NCBI GenBank assembly: GCA_000934665.2
Contig: JYFJ02000332.1
Coordinates: 62,001 to 126,000 of the forward strand
DNA: 64,000 nucleotides
Direction: 5' to 3'
Origin: Catajapyx aquilonaris
Taxonomy: Eukaryota
The stretch's first letter is position 1, and each line of letters begins with the position of its first letter. A program made the translations under genes and the position numbers. Below, one piece after another: positions 14,117 to 27,707 of this stretch. The notes beneath the pieces were generated by a model. The model saw only the letters and a program-made list of their open reading frames with translations. It searched no databases and was not told where the DNA came from.

Positions 14117-17100
14117 TTACTTCCATGAAAATCATGGCCATATTTTTACTAGCATTCTGAAAGTTGAAAAGAAAAAAGTGACAACGAGCTGCACATTTTC
14201 TATACAGAGTAAAATCACGTTCTGTGTTGAATGCCGTCTAAAAATCTAATCATGTCATCGTAACTTGTATACTGTACTGTACAACCACCAGGCTGATATG
14301 AATATCATTTCCCGTCATAACGCCCTGTTAGAGGGAAAGTGTCAATTTGCCTAACTTCCCGCACGAACCCGTCCTTTAATGCATAATAAGCTATAGGCTG
14401 TACTCAGACGATAGTAGACTATAGTCAGAGTGCAGTACCCTGGATTGCAGGTGTTGCAAGTAGGGAAACCCTCGAGAATGAGGAAAGGTCAGTAGCCTCC
14501 CTTGTTTGAATATCTGGTCGAAGGGCCTGTCACATGTATGATTCATGGAACAAATTATGCCCTTACCTCAGCAAAATTACTCGAGGCGAGAAGGGATTAA
14601 GATTGTGTAAACCTTATATTATAACCTAAGTTGTTTAATCCTAATAACTTCCCACACTTTACGAGAGTTATGAATATCCAGTTGTCAGATTCGTGTCGTG
14701 CGGTTAATGAAAACTTTTTCATAATTTGGATTGGGAGGTAATTATCAATAAGAGATTGTTTTTTGACCACAATGATCATTGTTTCTACTTTTAAAAGCAG
14801 TCACCAAGCTTCACTTCTGTGCTCATATAAGCACTTATGTGTGCCTATGTAGTAGGTCCGTAATTTATTATTGTTGACTGTGTAGTATTACACAAAAATT
14901 AATACCGAAAATATCTCAGGCCCTGACTCCCACTAACTGAAATCAATATACCTTCACGAGACACTGTAAAAAGAATTTGCAGTATCATACTTTCGCATAT
15001 TAAAAACTGTTTAAGCAACGCGATTATTACTTTGTTTAGCTCCAAATGCAAATATCGCAGTAAAAGTTACACTGCAATATGCATCAGGACAAAGTGATTA
15101 ATAGAGCAGATCCTGCTTTCTTGCAATTTGGCTATTGAAAAGTCTTTCTTGTTTCTCACCTCCTTAATAAGGATACCCCCTGCGCTAAAATTTAGGTCAT
15201 AAAACATTGATTGCAGTTACCAGTACTCCAGTAGATGTATCAAGCGAGACACAAACAATGTGGTTTCCTTTTCTGGCCGCTAGATGCAGTTTCCAAGCTC
15301 ACGAAAGAAAGCTTCCACAGTAAGAAAGCCCATCAGATGGAGCCCAATGATTAGTAACCAAGGTACACACATCCATCCTAAACCATACAAGACATGAACT
15401 TCTTGACAAACTGTTCGTAAATACTACAGAATTAGACTAGCATATGACCTTAAACCATGATAATCAATTTGCTATTCGTGTCTCCAGTATAAGACCTATA
15501 ACAGCCTTATATTAAAAGATGATTAATAAGCACTGCAGAGGAGTAAAAATGTCATATGCACTGTCACTGCCTTTATTACGTTAGAAGCTCTTGATTAATT
15601 ACTTCATTTTCCTATGGGAAGCACTTTGCCGTTGCCAAGAGCGTTGCATGCAGGTATGCGAAAAACATTCCCCGTTTGCCTCATAGTCTTCCTTCCCGTC
15701 TACCTTTCTCTTCTCATCCTATCGATGGCCTCATTCGACCTGCCCACGGCCCATCTGTTGACCCTCTTCCAGCCTTTAACACTGTACTAAAACTCGCCAG
15801 TTCCGTCTCTTCATATCTACAGATAACCATCTCGGTAATAAAATACGACATGAGGTAGCTACATTCTTCACACCAACAACATAAGTAGTGCAGAATTTAT
15901 ATTCAGTTTTTTTTTCCCCCGAGAGAGCTAATGCATGTCTGGAATTGTATTCGTTTATAGAGTAGGGCAAGTGTTCATTAAAAGTTCAGGAACGCGTTCT
16001 GAATATGGGTCCAATATCCAATAACTTACATGCATTTAATGTCAGCCGACTTCATTAATCCTGAGGAGATTTAATCAACACCACATTTTTGTTCACTTTT
16101 ATACAACGCATATTCTTGTGCGATTCTACGGGTCACGGCCCCGCATTCAGTTGGCACGGTTTTCGAGTCGGCAGTTCCCTTGCCAAATAGTTCAACTGAA
16201 TAATCTGCCAAGATAATCAGAAAAAAAGGATCCTAATTAACCCGTTTCCCCCAAATATCCGGATGAACCAAGGTATAGTCTTCCACGATTATAATAATGG
16301 TGTATTGTACGCAGAATGGTGACAGAATTGCTATGTAACCACAAGCATACATTCTCTTAGAAGGTAAAAAATGAAGTAAGAAGGTGGTTGAGCCACTTGT
16401 GAGTCTATAGTGGGAGGTCAGGGGTTCGATTCCAGGTCCTGGCTGAGCAAGACATGCACCGCCCCACTACACAATAAACTTTTCGGGATTAGACGACAGG
16501 AAAACTCTCCCTCATATAATTTTTCGCCGCAACACGATAAACGCATTACACTTATAGGCAGAACATCTTTCGCTAGCCGTTTCCTATAGGAAGAGGGAAG
16601 AAAGCAACAAACTTGACTACTTTTTACGGCGTGAATCTTCTTCCACGCCTACTATATTCCCGGAAGAAAAGTTGGCACCATGTGAAAAATGATCAACCAG
16701 CTTTGCCCCTTTTTTTCTCTCTCTCCTTCTTCAAAATGCACCTATGCATCGGTGAAAGGGACGAGCAAAAAGGGATAGTCCATGAAAGAAAGGAACCGTG
16801 GTCCAAATAACCTTCTAGTCTGTGTAACCCTTCACCCTAATCCTGAATTAGCTACACGCCTTCGACATTTTCAGGATCCCTTCACATGAGTACCCACTCA
16901 CTAAAGCGTCCAAGTTCAAGTTGAAGACTCTTCAAAATTCTAAAGACATCACAGGTCACTTTCTCTTGACCGCAGATGTCATCCTCAGCCACTCATAAAA
17001 ATCGGGTTGTCAGATGGCGGTCAAGGGCTCTCTCTCTTGCTGCTTATATTTCTCTATCTGTGCCAGAGGGGTTTTGCTGAACTTGACCGGAAGGCCGCCC

Positions 17101-20100
17101 CGAATGTGGTCACGACCCCAAAAAACATGCAGGCAAAAGTTAGCTATTTATTAGCCATAATTATTTTTTAAAGAAATATTTTGACAGTTTGGACAAAAAT
17201 TTAACGCACCATACAGTAGCTGATACCGCTAAACTGCCAATTTGCAGAAAATTATTTCACGCTCTTCAGCGAAAATTTCCAAAAATGCCTTCTGAATAAG
17301 CGACGACTTTTCCCCCAAAGCCTACTTCAAATCTGGAACATAAAAAATATGCATTCCATATAGCGGACCCCTGATAATGACCTCCTAAAATGTTCGAGTG
17401 GGGTCCAAATGGCATGGAAGTGCGTGTAAATCAAGAGGCTGTTAGAAAGCCGACCGGACTTTACGACAGATTTACTTTTCTTGTCGCACAAAAAGGGAAT
17501 GCAAATTTGGCAAAGAAAAAAGCGAAAGTGCGAATGATTACATTTCATGAGAAATGCTAGGGAGATTTCTAAACCTGTCGTGGAATTAGCATTCAGCTAG
17601 TGACCCAATCTCAGTCGATTCAGACGTGCGGCCAAGGTCTTTAGCTTCAAATATTTGAATAGAAGCACCCCCCTCCCCACCCCCCGCACCCGAAAAACAA
17701 AGTAATTTGAAGATTTTTTTACATATGGTTCAGTAGCTGACCAGAGTGTTACTTGTATTCATTTATTTGACTTATTATGACTTAATTTAGTATGGCATTT
17801 ATTTATTTATGACTTGTATTAAGACGTTACACTGCAAGAGGCGTAACGGCGTAAAAACGTCACAATAATTGCGAGAAAGTTTTAGAAAAAAACACTCGTC
17901 AGTCCCAATCATTATCCGATCGACACATTGTCGAGCATGCTTCAAGCTCATTTGCACGTACAGGCTGCATAAAAATGACTGACAGAAAAAGTTCCGAATT
18001 ATCACATAGAGATGGCATGATTCTCCTGCTTCACGGTTGAATCTGCAAACCGGTTGCACTTTTCTCTTGCAACTGACGGAATCAGACGCAACATAAAGAT
18101 CCCCACCCTTCAAAAGAAGGAAAGTGACCAATTATCGACGTCATCTGAAAACAAGCTGCACATAAACGCAGAACTGGCCAGAACTGCACAAACCCGGGTC
18201 CAAAATTTTTCCTGAAAACATTTCGCAAAATTTTCAACAACCTGGTCAAGGTCCTTGACTCCATAGCCTCCGCAGCATGCAGTTCCCGATGTAGCAACAT
18301 TCTGTCATTTCGTCAGTGCAATAACGTTACTCCACCTTGACTGATGAAAGCTGAAATTCCTGTATAGCTCCCCAATGTTCCAGGAATGGAATGATTGTAC
18401 GACGCGACCTCGTGACCGGATTAGCATCCATCATATATACAACCTGCCAGAGACCATGAAGAACCGGATGGCTCCAAACACATTCGATAGAAATACAATT
18501 CGCGTAAATCAAGTGGGTAAGGGTTTCATCGTGTTCACCGTTAGGCCATAAGAACAAGGTCGCATGCAAACAAGGTCAGATACATTATTCTCCGTTATAC
18601 CAGGTGTAGAAGGCTTTCGATGGGCGTCTTGGACATTTGCCGGAGACCTTTACACACGTCACTTTTATGCCACATGCTGGGGTGGTTCCTTCGAGGCTGC
18701 CAACAAGCTCCTCGTCTTTGCCTTTGTCTTCCTCATCTCAGCAAGATCATTCAAATTTAAAGGTCAACAACTCTAGAAAAATTACGTGATTTGACTTGGA
18801 AAAGGAAGTTCCACGGTCGATGACACGCGGAGGGAGAGAAGAGACATTTGAAATATTTTGACTAATCAGCAGAGGAATTGGATTAGTAATTCCGGTCACA
18901 TTCAGTATGAAGCAGAATGAAAAATGAGTAGTTCTGACAAAAGGGTACCTGTTGTCAATATTTAGCAGTTCAACCGGTCAATGTTGAAATTCTTTTTGGA
19001 GTTCCAAGTCTGAAACCGTGAAGTGGAAAGTGACAATTTCGTGTTATTTATCAAATAAATTTATCTCTACATTTCAAGCGTGCACATGTCAATGCTTTAA
19101 CGTACAGAGAAACAATAGCCTACAAATGAAGACCAAATGTGCAGAACATTTTGATCCCACTTTGGTCAAAATTGATTTCAGTTATGAGTACTTTCCGACG
19201 GTAAAGTCAGTTTTCTCCTACATTTACAGTGCCCTACAAAAATGTTCTAAAAAATGGAGTCAGTAAGGAATAGTGTACTTTCAAACTTCAAATTATTCAC
19301 ATTTCTACATCATTGAAATGTGAATGTGATTATTCTTCATTTTAGGTCTTCAAATACATTCACAAAAAGTAAGCATTTATCAGAGTCTGATATGTCATTC
19401 CATGCAGGCTGACCATATTTCACATACTTCATGGACATTATCCTGAAACTGCGAATATGTAATCCCTTTTTCCCGTGTAATAGCTTCACACTAACCGAAA
19501 GATATTTATTGCACGTATCCCGAACAATGTAAAAGAATTCTTACTCATGAAATGTAATCATTTACCATAGCTGTGCTAGCAACTTGCATCAATGAAATCC
19601 ATTTATGGTCATAAGTGCTTGTTTCCGCAATGATGCCCTTGGGTTTACAAGTCTCAAGTTGCAAGTACTTTCAAGGGCTACCTATCACTCGAAAGAATTA
19701 CACGACCAGTTTAAATATCATGTGAAAACCTGATGAAGTGAGAAAAATAGATGCAGTACTCCGAAATGTCATGCTTGTTGCAAGAATGGATGGATTTTCC
19801 AGGTGAAGAATTTGCCAAGATTGTGGAGGACAACACATTCACTTTTGCTCGTCTAATTCCGCCTTTTCCCCTATGTTCACACTCCTTTACAAAAGGTTAA
19901 AAGACACACATGCTCAGCTATTCCACTTTAGACATTGCAATGACTAAAATTTGCATTCTGGGCCCAATGTAATCCGGTGAAAGGAACGACAACAGGTAGA
20001 TTATTCAACATCTGAAATTACTTGTTTTCCCTTTTCCCTTTAGAAATACAATACCATAGATTTATAGCATACCTTGGACTTGCTTCCCAATACTCTAGCT

Positions 20101-22511
20101 GCGTGATTTCATGTCATCAATATATTGGTGCCTTCAATAGAAATCGTGGGGAAATGTGAGGATCGCCCTGTTTGTATACAAGTAGGCTAACTGTTTTCTG
20201 GCAAGTTTATTTTGAGCTCTTTAGGGCACATTCCGAATACCGTAACTGGGCTGACACCGTTTAAGAACTCTCAATTTCGATGTCAGCCAGAGAGCATAAT
20301 TGTGCTGGACAGGGTTTTCACCTAGCGGTACTTCGACCAGTTTCAGCCAGTATGATTCCAATTGGACAGAGCCTTTAAACCAGCCTGTCCCGTTCCAGAA
20401 TGTTCCTGGACATTCAGTTCAAAATATATAATATTGAAACAATCCTGACACAATCTTGCACTTTAGAGAGCACAGGTAATAAATGCTTAAGAAGACATCA
20501 CCCTTTCATACGTACGAACTTATAAGGTCATACCTCAAGGTCTTTCTCGGCCACGCCTAACGTGACCACATAGATTCAAATCAGGATTAACATGAACCGC
20601 CCACTTTCGCCACCGATTCCGTGACACAAGAGCTAATAAATCTACCCCAATTAGTCATGTTGTGCATACTGAACTTTAGTAGTTGGCTACTGTTCCCGCA
20701 TTTGGTGGCTGACCCTGAACAAATAGGAAACCAGCCTCATGCTTCTGAACAAGCATACCTGCCAAGCAACTCCAAAACAAACACTCCATGTCATCAAGGT
20801 GATACATCTCTAAAATAGCTCGGGCCAAACTTGAACGCAAGAATGGCACGGAATCATACTGCGAGTATATCAATAACAAGAGAAAGTGACGGCATCATCA
20901 AGTTATACAACGCAACGATACAATCACGCCTTGTCGATAAACAAGAGTATCACTAATCGTCGTGCCTTCTCAGAACAGATTCTTGACATTTCCCCATTGC
21001 TCCAAGAATGTGCAATCACGGAACCAGGCCATGGAGGTCGACAGGGTGCTTATTGCAAAACGCGGAACTCGCAATTAAACAAACAGACGTATGCACAGAG
21101 GTGATTACACCAGTTTGCACTCAATGTCATAAAATCATGTGACAGTAACATCAGGCCAAAACGTGACCGCTGCCGTCATCAGTAATAATGAGCCTCGTCC
21201 TCCAACTGCGTCTAATAACAAGACAATTATTTGCTCAGCTTAACCCTGCTTTGAAAGGTTTGGTTCTATTCCTGGGACACGGCCTTCGATTGTCTTCTGT
21301 GAAAGAAATGATGTGAGCACCAACACAAAAATCGCAACGGATATAAACATTACGTTACTGGCCATGTACACACCCAACACAATTTTCTCTCTAAAAAAGT
21401 AAAAAGTGCAGTGCAAGAATAGACCTTGATCTTGATCGTTTTTATTACACATCATCCCTCCCCACCGTACCGGTATGCCGTAATTCACCAGAAAACAAGC
21501 GGTACCTGCACGTACCTGCCTTGTAAATTAATAAATTATTTTTTTAAAATCTACACGTGTGATTAGAATAGCTCTGCGATCAAGGCGTGGGTCAAGGCTG
21601 AAGCAGCATCAATTAGAACCTTGAAGAGGATCCGGACAAAGGAAGCCCCTGGCTGGATCAATCCTGACCAGAAAACATTTAAAATTCGTTGCACAACAGG
21701 TGATGAACTCGGAGAGAAAGGGAGAGGGGAATGAAAATGGAGGAGGAGAAGAAAAGGAGGCAGAGGAATGAGGCCCGACAGGTTAGGAGGCCTTTCTGCT
21801 TGACTTATCGCGGCCTTTCTAGGAATTTCTAACTCATTATGACATTGCAGAGGACGCTGTATTCGGACCGAAATAATGCCAGAGTCCCTTGGACGTATTT
21901 TCAGATTACGATGTGAAAAACATTCTACTGATTCCAGTACGCCTGTCTAAAGATAAGACCAAACACAAAGACAGTTCTGATTTTATGCCGTGCAATAAGA
22001 GCCGTTAAAACAATTAATCGTCGGCATGAAAATCTGAGTGTAAACTATGTGATGGAGTTGTAGGATGTTTTATGTGAGCACTGACATCATGTTGCCAAGC
22101 ATAGTACAGTACAGTGTAGCATGGATCATATAAAGCGCTGCAGTAGAGATTATTTCAGCAAATCCTGTCCCCGTAATTAAAATGTGCTCCATCGCTCAAC
22201 ACAGGACCATAATAGTGGTTTACACAGTCACAATTAGGGTGAACCACAGAAACATCGAGCAGGGATCCAAAGTATCATTCATATATCATAATGCGGTGTT
22301 AAAGAGAATGAGCCCAAGCATATATTCAGCTGTTTCCATTCCAGCCAATTTAAATCAAATATACACCTAGGTTATTACAAGATACTCGTACATTTTATAC
22401 ACAACAGTATATTTGAAAATTGCGTGCAATCTGAATATATGCATATTTACATTTGTTGTTTCAAAAGTGCAATTGTTGCAGCCTTACAAACGGAGACAAG
22501 AAAATATTCTA

Positions 22512-22583
22512 CTCGGTCAGGCGATCGAACTCGGCGCCCCAGAGAAGGTACGCCTGTGGCCTAAGCCATTATGCCAGCGCCCC
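22512..22583 (-). mobile_element. Degenerate tRNA-like SINE head fragment
   Basis: Minus strand GGGGCGCTGGCATAATGG (A-box-like) ... GAGTTCGATCGCC (B-box-like); no acceptor stem. Confidence 0.45.
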
Positions 22584-25353
22584 TACATGAAATGACATGT
22601 GAAATGAAACGAGACAATCCATTTAATCGGGATATTCATTTGTAATAACATACTGCACAATGCATTCGTATGCCGAGCAAGCAGATTAGATGCCTGCTGC
22701 AGATTTGATTCGGTTTGTTGGAGAAGCCGAGGCAATTATGACAATGGCCATAACTGGTAGTCTTACTACCGACATATTCGGTATTCCAATGAACTATTGA
22801 TCTTTCCACAACCAGTCATCCGGATCTTTTTGCTGAGTATATCACACAGCATTGTCGCATCTGATATTTACAAGGCGACGAAGAAATCCTTGAGTAAATG
22901 AGGTCTAATAATACCTTGTGCAGCATAACATAATATTAAGTATGTCTGCTTCATCAACCCTTCCTCCACCTTCCCCAAGTTGCTCAAAATGAATAGAACG
23001 GGACAGCAACCAGTATTAACTGGGAAAGAAAATCGCATCCTTCATTGGTCTCTCTTTCTCCCTTTCCCCCAATATTGCCAGACCATCCACTTCAGATAGC
23101 AGCCTTGGCACGGTGACGACCCTTCCGACCCTTGCCCAACCCCCTCGACCCCTAAAGCCCAAATCGCCCTGTATGAAGCCAGTTTAGCGGCCGCGACTGC
23201 AACAGAGGAAAAGTGCAACCCGTTCACTTATAGGACTTCACAGAACTTTCATAATAAGCAATGGCGAAAGGCCAGCGTAATTCAAGTTCCTCGGTGCACT
23301 AATCAAAATAGGCTAGTAGACTAGTGGCAACTTCAGTGACCTGGCAAGGACCTCCTAACCCTGAACCGTACTTTTCGGGAATTGTTCGGGCAATAAATAA
23401 ATAAATAAAAATAATCCGGACAAACTTGCAGGGGTGCATTTCACTACAAATTATCGAGCACTGTGTACCATTGCAACGAAAAAAGGAACTCGTCGAGCTG
23501 CACGATTAATTCTTTTGCAGGTAATTAAGCTACTGGGCGGCAGTAGGGGCTGGCAACTTGATTAACAACCGTGCCAGCCAGGTCTCATTGCAGTGGCGGC
23601 TTGGTATGTAGGTCCCTCTGAAATGCAGCCCTTTTGCTTTCCCAACGTGTGCTCTCCCCCTTTCTGACTACAAAGCAGATACACTGAGCACAACCGACTT
23701 CTTCATATGTATCTCACTCCACATCTTTATTCCGAGTAAGAGCATGGAAATAAATGTTCCAGATGAACCTGTCCCACTAACGATAGGCAAATAGGACGAC
23801 TTTTTCTCCGGGCCTTCTTATGGTAATAAATCGTGGACTCGTGAGACATGTTGATAATGACACTGGGGCTAGAAATAAATCTAAAAATGATGAGTTGTCA
23901 GTCACTGTCATACACTAACAGGCAGTGCAAGTATCAGTCTAAGGTCTTGTTATTCCGAAGTTAGAATTACAAAGGTCCGAACACCCTGTATTTATGTTTC
24001 TTCTTATTGGCATAGTGTGGTCTGTGGTGTAGCATATAAGTCTTGTTCATGGGGTAAAAAGTAAAATTAAATATTCTCAGTCGTTACATAAAAGTTGTTC
24101 CTTTTCTAAACAAGCTAAAGATTCAAAAGGGTAATGCATATTGTATTCCTCGTGTTAGTAAACTAAACCGCAAAGCACAAAGCACAGACACTGCCATAAA
24201 AACGTAACGCATATACGTAACGCATATACAATTGAAATATGCCAGCTCGCGGATATTTCATTTTCTCAAGGGTAACACAATGAAAGAGCGTGCTTCCTAC
24301 ATAAGACTATGTGACACATGAAATGGAGTGAACAATAAGCTTCCTTAACAAAGCCCGCCACACATTCAAGTACAATGCCATAATTTCGTCTGGGTCAATT
24401 GCTTGGAAACAATTCCGCAATCCTAAGATGACGAAATATTCCCAGTGGAAGACGGAGACGATAGCACTAGCAAGAAGAGACTTGGTTTTATGCGAGGTTC
24501 TGTCCTCGCACACAGTACTTCTCATCTCTTTGGCAACTCATTGAGTTAGACCTATCGAAACAAACTGATCCTATTGTAACTTTCTCCAGCCACATAAAAG
24601 TCAGGAATGTTGTGGGGCGCAGCGAAGGAAAGGAGAGAAAAAACGAACCGCCAAAAATTCCAGAGGCATTCGGAGCCCAACAATCTTTGCTGCGAGGAGG
24701 TAGTGTTGGCCAACGACACCGTTGATAAGTGAGCCGTGAGCATATCTGATACGGCAAAGTGCTGGCGATGAGAAAGAGAGCGTGCAAACTCGAATTGTTT
24801 TCCCTGATATACCTTACAGGGCGTATTTTCAGACCTGCCTCCCGGAAAGTAACATAATCCTTCTTGCACAACCAATCTGACCACCTCTGACCCAGATGAT
24901 GTCCTGTCTCCCACTGTAGGCTTTTAAAAAAAAATCCGGTCACCATCTCTCATGCGGGCAAAAATCGGGTCATGTGAAAGGAAATATCCATGTATCCCTG
25001 TGCCCTCTTCCCTATTCTCGGTGACGCATCCAATGGTGTCACCCTACCCAGGGGCGGAGTGTGAATATCACACTCTTCAAGTTCCACCCAGAGGAGAGGT
25101 CACCTAAACCATATATGACAGCACTTTCCATTTCGACCACCTCCCGACCTATTGTTTGCTTCGGAAGGTTACCAGTGAACCACTCCTTATTCTTAGGCTC
25201 ATCTTTCCGACATGACATCCTTGACTGGTAACCCACAATCTGTGACGTCTTTTATCGGACCGTTAGACCTGAGTGCATCATAATTCAAATGTAACTCAGA
25301 TGACATTCACGTCAGGTTCGGTTGCATAAAGACAGCCAGAGTTATGACATCTG

Positions 25354-25402
25354 CAAAGGTTACCGATGAGCCAGAATAATTCTGGCTCATCGGTAACCTT
25401 TG
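25354..25402. repeat. Perfect palindrome, 24-bp arms with a 1-nt spacer
   Basis: CAAAGGTTACCGATGAGCCAGAAT-A-ATTCTGGCTCATCGGTAACCTTTG; extends to 25349-25407 with one G-T pair. Confidence 0.97.
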
Positions 25403-27707
25403 TAGATATATCCAGTTTTAGAATCCCGTTACAAGAATCAAAGGCTATAAAACAGTAAACGTAAATTACGTAAATGGCAGGGATATTACATCAATTCTAA
25501 CGAAACAACTATCACAAACCGTGTACTGTACAGTATAAGAAGTCAATGGCAGGCAAAGGTTTCTGAAACGGTCAATGACTGTATAGTCACCCTAAATATC
25601 AGATCCAAAGCATTGCGTGATTTGAGAAGCAAATTATGGGGATTTCAAGATTTTTGAAATTTAGGCGTAAAGTGACACCCTTCTATTTTTTTTAAACTCG
25701 TTCTTGCCTTTTAAAATTACGCTTGAAACAGCAACAAGTATGCAACACGTGGCATATAATTGTGTGACATAATGAGATTTGACTTGGTACACTTTTCCCT
25801 GAGAGGATTAAACTCTCATACCGCACAAATTACCCTACATTGATCATCCTTCAATTCGCTGAGCTGTATACAGGTTTCGTGACAAGCAGTCAGGAGTGAA
25901 AGGGATGTTATACCGATAACTGATAGGCCACCCTGAATGTGATGATAGCACAGATAACTGCAACTTATTTAATTGAAAGTAAAAGTAAGAATCGGGGCCT
26001 TACAGCTGGAGAGAGAGAGAGAAACATCCTTCTTCAAGCACAATGATGCGAGAGAAAAGAGGAAGCACAGAAGGAAACCAACAGGAGTAAAAAGCGCAGA
26101 AAAAAAGAACGCCTGGAAAATTCGCAGCAACTCTCTAGAGTAAGGCTTACTATAGAATGACAACCTGTTGTTTGTTTCTCAAAAGCACAATTCTACGCAC
26201 TGCTTAGTGCCTTAAAAACAAGCGCCACAACTGGAAGTGACAAAAGAAATAATAAACAATGCACTTATCACATCTCAGGTGTCATTCTGCTCGAGAAAGT
26301 CACAATGATTATAAGAATACTATGTGCATCATGCAGTCAGTTTAGCACGATAGAGAAAGCGGACTTAACATTGTGCAATGTGCGGTACTGTACGAACTAA
26401 AATGTAACAATTATTTATTAACCTAAAACTGTACAAGGCGGATGTGATGTAATCAATGTAAGCCACCGGTAAAAAGCAAACATGCATTCACTAGAAAAAC
26501 ATTGTTCTAAGATACAGTACAGTACAGTACGTTGTAATGACATAAGAATAAAAGGATTATGAATGTTCCCAATAGGAACAATCAGAAAGAATGGGACGGG
26601 AACTGACGAAACATTTGCCCAATTACCGCCCAGTGGGCCATTTTCATATCGCGAATTCATTTCAAAACACCCAAAAACTACAAATGTATAGCAAATTGGG
26701 GATTAAAGCCCCCACGTTAATTAATCCATAATGGGTACCGTTCACATACTCATCATCGGGATTAAGCTCATTAATCATTAGCGTAATCAATGTCGAAAAA
26801 GCACGGGCATAACCGGCCGCACAGAGTCATCTGTTCCCTTGCATTCTTCTTGTATGTACGCAACGAGTGTCAGGTGCATCAGCACAACCGACCCGAAACT
26901 TTCCCTTCATTATGAACCTGTGCAGTGTGGACGGACCGATGGAGCAGGGGCACGGATCTCTCAAGGTGCTTGGGGCAGAGGAGGAAGAAAAGGAACCCGC
27001 TGGCCACAAGAAGGCAAGATAATCCTCCTTGGTCACGTCCTTTGGCCAAGGCCGTCGGGCTTGCTTTCTCGTGGGGGGAGCCTCTGTCGAAAAAATGTCT
27101 GAAGACCCCAGCCATAGAGCAAAGGGGACGACGAATGTCGACAACTCCTATACGAAAGGTCACTTGCTTTACCTCCTGAAAGAACGCGGTTCCACTGCCA
27201 AATACAGGCCACATTTCTCGTTTGTGATTGTCTCAATGTCATAACTATTTTGTTAACAGTATTCATATCACGTACTAATTGGGGGATTCAATTGGTGCAG
27301 AAAATTGCATATTAAAATTTTGCATAATAGCAGACTGTACTGGTGATCATTACAATTTCATGGAAATGAGTCGGTGTCATTTCATTACTGTAGGACAACA
27401 CCACTCATCTTTACTCCATGTCGCCTCTACATGTGCAAGAAGAGCCTAACTAAGCCCGCTCCGTGGCGCTGAACAAAATGCACGTCAGCAAGAGCCCAGA
27501 CTTTCTCCTCCAATAAGAAGCAGAAAGGGGCTGGCCCCGATTGCAGTAGTCTGTTGGAACCGTCGGAAGGAGCCAGAAGGTGCCGCGAAGGCTCAACATT
27601 ACATAGGATAGCGTTGAGAGTGCTTCCACAACAATATTTATCCAGGAATCGAGGACTCCCAGGGGGGGAATATTTCAACTTGGGGTGATTCGGACTAAGA
27701 GACTACC

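Noticed and set aside
16381..16450. B-box-like GGTTCGATTCC
   Set aside because: No convincing A box or cloverleaf; at most a decayed SINE fragment.
17799..18776. Run of short ORFs suggesting a hidden gene
   Set aside because: They could not be joined with consistent splice phases and show no recognisable homology.
24488..25236. 152-aa and 120-aa minus-strand ORFs
   Set aside because: No motifs or coding-like bias; more consistent with regulatory DNA upstream of CDA1.
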